Position numbers and translations under genes: made by a program
Assembly (NCBI RefSeq): GCF_018350175.1
Contig: NC_058369.1
Coordinates: 21,144,001 to 21,208,000, forward strand
Source of the DNA: Felis catus
Lineage: Eukaryota
Direction: 5' to 3'
Length of the DNA stretch: 64,000 bases
Notes under the pieces: generated by a model
The model's input: the letters and a program-made list of their open reading frames with translations, nothing else
Told to the model about the DNA's origin: nothing
The model's database searches: none
Shown: positions 62,435 to 64,000 of the stretch, in pieces
Position numbering within the stretch: position 1 is the stretch's first letter
Layout of the letters: every line of letters begins with the position of its first letter

Positions 62435-63514
62435 CTGTGGTAAAGGAAACTGGTTGAAGAGAGGCAGCTCACAATCAAGGAGTAGACAGAGAAGGTAAGA
62501 AAGGAAAGTTGACTTTCCATCATATTAACTTAGAAGACAAAAATAACCATAAATAGAAGTTTTGATGAAGACCAGAAACCAAAAGATTAGGGCACTGAAA
62601 CCAAACTAAGTCTTCTCAAATAATGCATTTATTTTAAATTTCTAGTTAAGTTTCACAAAATGTTACTCCAAGATGCTTTTATTCCCCTAGTCCAGTGCAA
62701 AAAGAGCACCGGAGAGGACTTAGCAGCATTCAGGAGCAGCCTCACTCATGCGTTGCCATGGAGGATAAGGAGCAAATACTGCATAAGCTTCCTCTTCACC
62801 ACATTTACTGAGCTCTCAATGTCTTAGCATTAACAGCTGATAGATTTAAAATGATCATTTTGCTTTATTCTAGCATGGAAAGGAATAGTATAGCCTCTGT
62901 GATACAAACACATACTCTCAATTTTTTAATAAATTACAAGGTCTGTCACCTACTGGCTACTGTGACATTAGGCAAATTACTTGACCTCTTAGGCCTTAGT
63001 TTCCTCATCTGGAAAATGAAGACAGTGTGCCTATTACATGGATTGTTAGGAAGCTTTAAGGATATTCTCCCCATTAACTACACAGAGCAATGCCTGACTT
63101 ATGAAAAGCGCTTTAACAAACATTATTATTGTTTTATAGTGTTGGCAGAAAAGGGGAAAAAAAGAAAAACAAGTTCTGATCTGATGCAGATAGTGGGCAC
63201 AGCACGAGGTGTTGTAAACATATTAATTTCAAAACATATAAAAGCTCCTCGAGGAAACCCCAGAACCCCCAAGTTTTCTACTGCACCTCCCCGAGAGTAT
63301 CTGAAACTTCAAACAAAAATCTCTCTTTCAGAAGGTCCAAACGGTTTGCTTCTTTCTTCACGACTATAAATGTGCAATCTAAATACTCCTCCTGGAAAAC
63401 CCTTAAGAATGAGATGAGATGGATGAGGGACACCTGCAGGAAAGGGAGCTATAAAGTGACCCCTGAGAGTAAGAATAACTTTTTCTTTCAGGAATGGTCT
63501 GTTCTGAAGTTCTT

Positions 63515-63606
63515 TTCTTTTTTTTTTTTGTAAAGTCATCTTCCCGCCCAATGTGGGGCTTGACCTCACAATCCTAAGACTGAGAGCTGCATGCTCTACC
63601 TGCTGA
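63515..63606 (-). mobile_element. Short old CAN-SINE fragment
   Basis: T-tail, then cccaatgtggggcttgacctcacaatcctaagactgagagctgcatgctctacc. Confidence 0.65.
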
Positions 63607-64000
63607 AGGTATTCTTTTAAAAAGTTCCAGGAATGACCTGTTTTGGCCAGGCAGCATTAAAATAGATAGGTGACAAGAACAGGAAAAAAAAAAAAATGTG
63701 TGCACAGAGAGGACCCTGGGGACTTATGAATTCTAAGAAAAAATTGCTAACTTGGACATAAATTTAAAAATTAATTAATTTAAAAAAAAAAGAAAAAGAA
63801 GAAATCTATGTTATTCCCACACTGGCTTCCTTTGGTATTTCTTATTCTTTCATAATTAACGTCTCTACAATTCCCAGACATACTGGTAAAGTGTAAAAAA
63901 TATCATGTTCCTTCCCAGGCTCCCTTTCTCTTGTAAAACTGTTAGGACACTGAAATGGACTCAAAGAATTCAATATTTTCCAGTTTTTATGTTAACAATA

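Overview
Mammalian genomic DNA, almost certainly from a felid (young felid-type CAN-SINEs and a felid-type L1 3' end). The gene order matches the STAB1-NT5DC2-SMIM4(UQCC5)-PBRM1 block known from human 3p21.1. It holds the last 46 coding exons of STAB1 (+, 1-14087), the complete 14-exon NT5DC2 CDS (-, 23144-14212, 557 aa), the 2-exon SMIM4/UQCC5 CDS (+, 25988-29485, 80 aa) and the last 10 coding exons of PBRM1 (-, 62434-35646). PBRM1 introns are dense in CAN-SINEs, L1, L2, MIR and a Tigger1 relic. The most unusual unexplained structure is a near-perfect ~280-bp inverted duplication of apparently unique sequence in NT5DC2 intron 1; one arm carries a cryptic stop-containing exon with a consensus donor that the stem would mask. 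Other notable items are the overlapping STAB1/NT5DC2 3' ends, a decayed counterpart of the human NT5DC2 alternative first coding exon, a SMIM4 poly(A) hexamer inside the last codons, an RBFOX/QKI motif cluster before a PBRM1 cassette exon, and a young L1 with an in-frame internal deletion. All exon boundaries were traced by eye from GT-AG sites and reading frame. Gene and repeat names come from recalled sequences; no database search was run.
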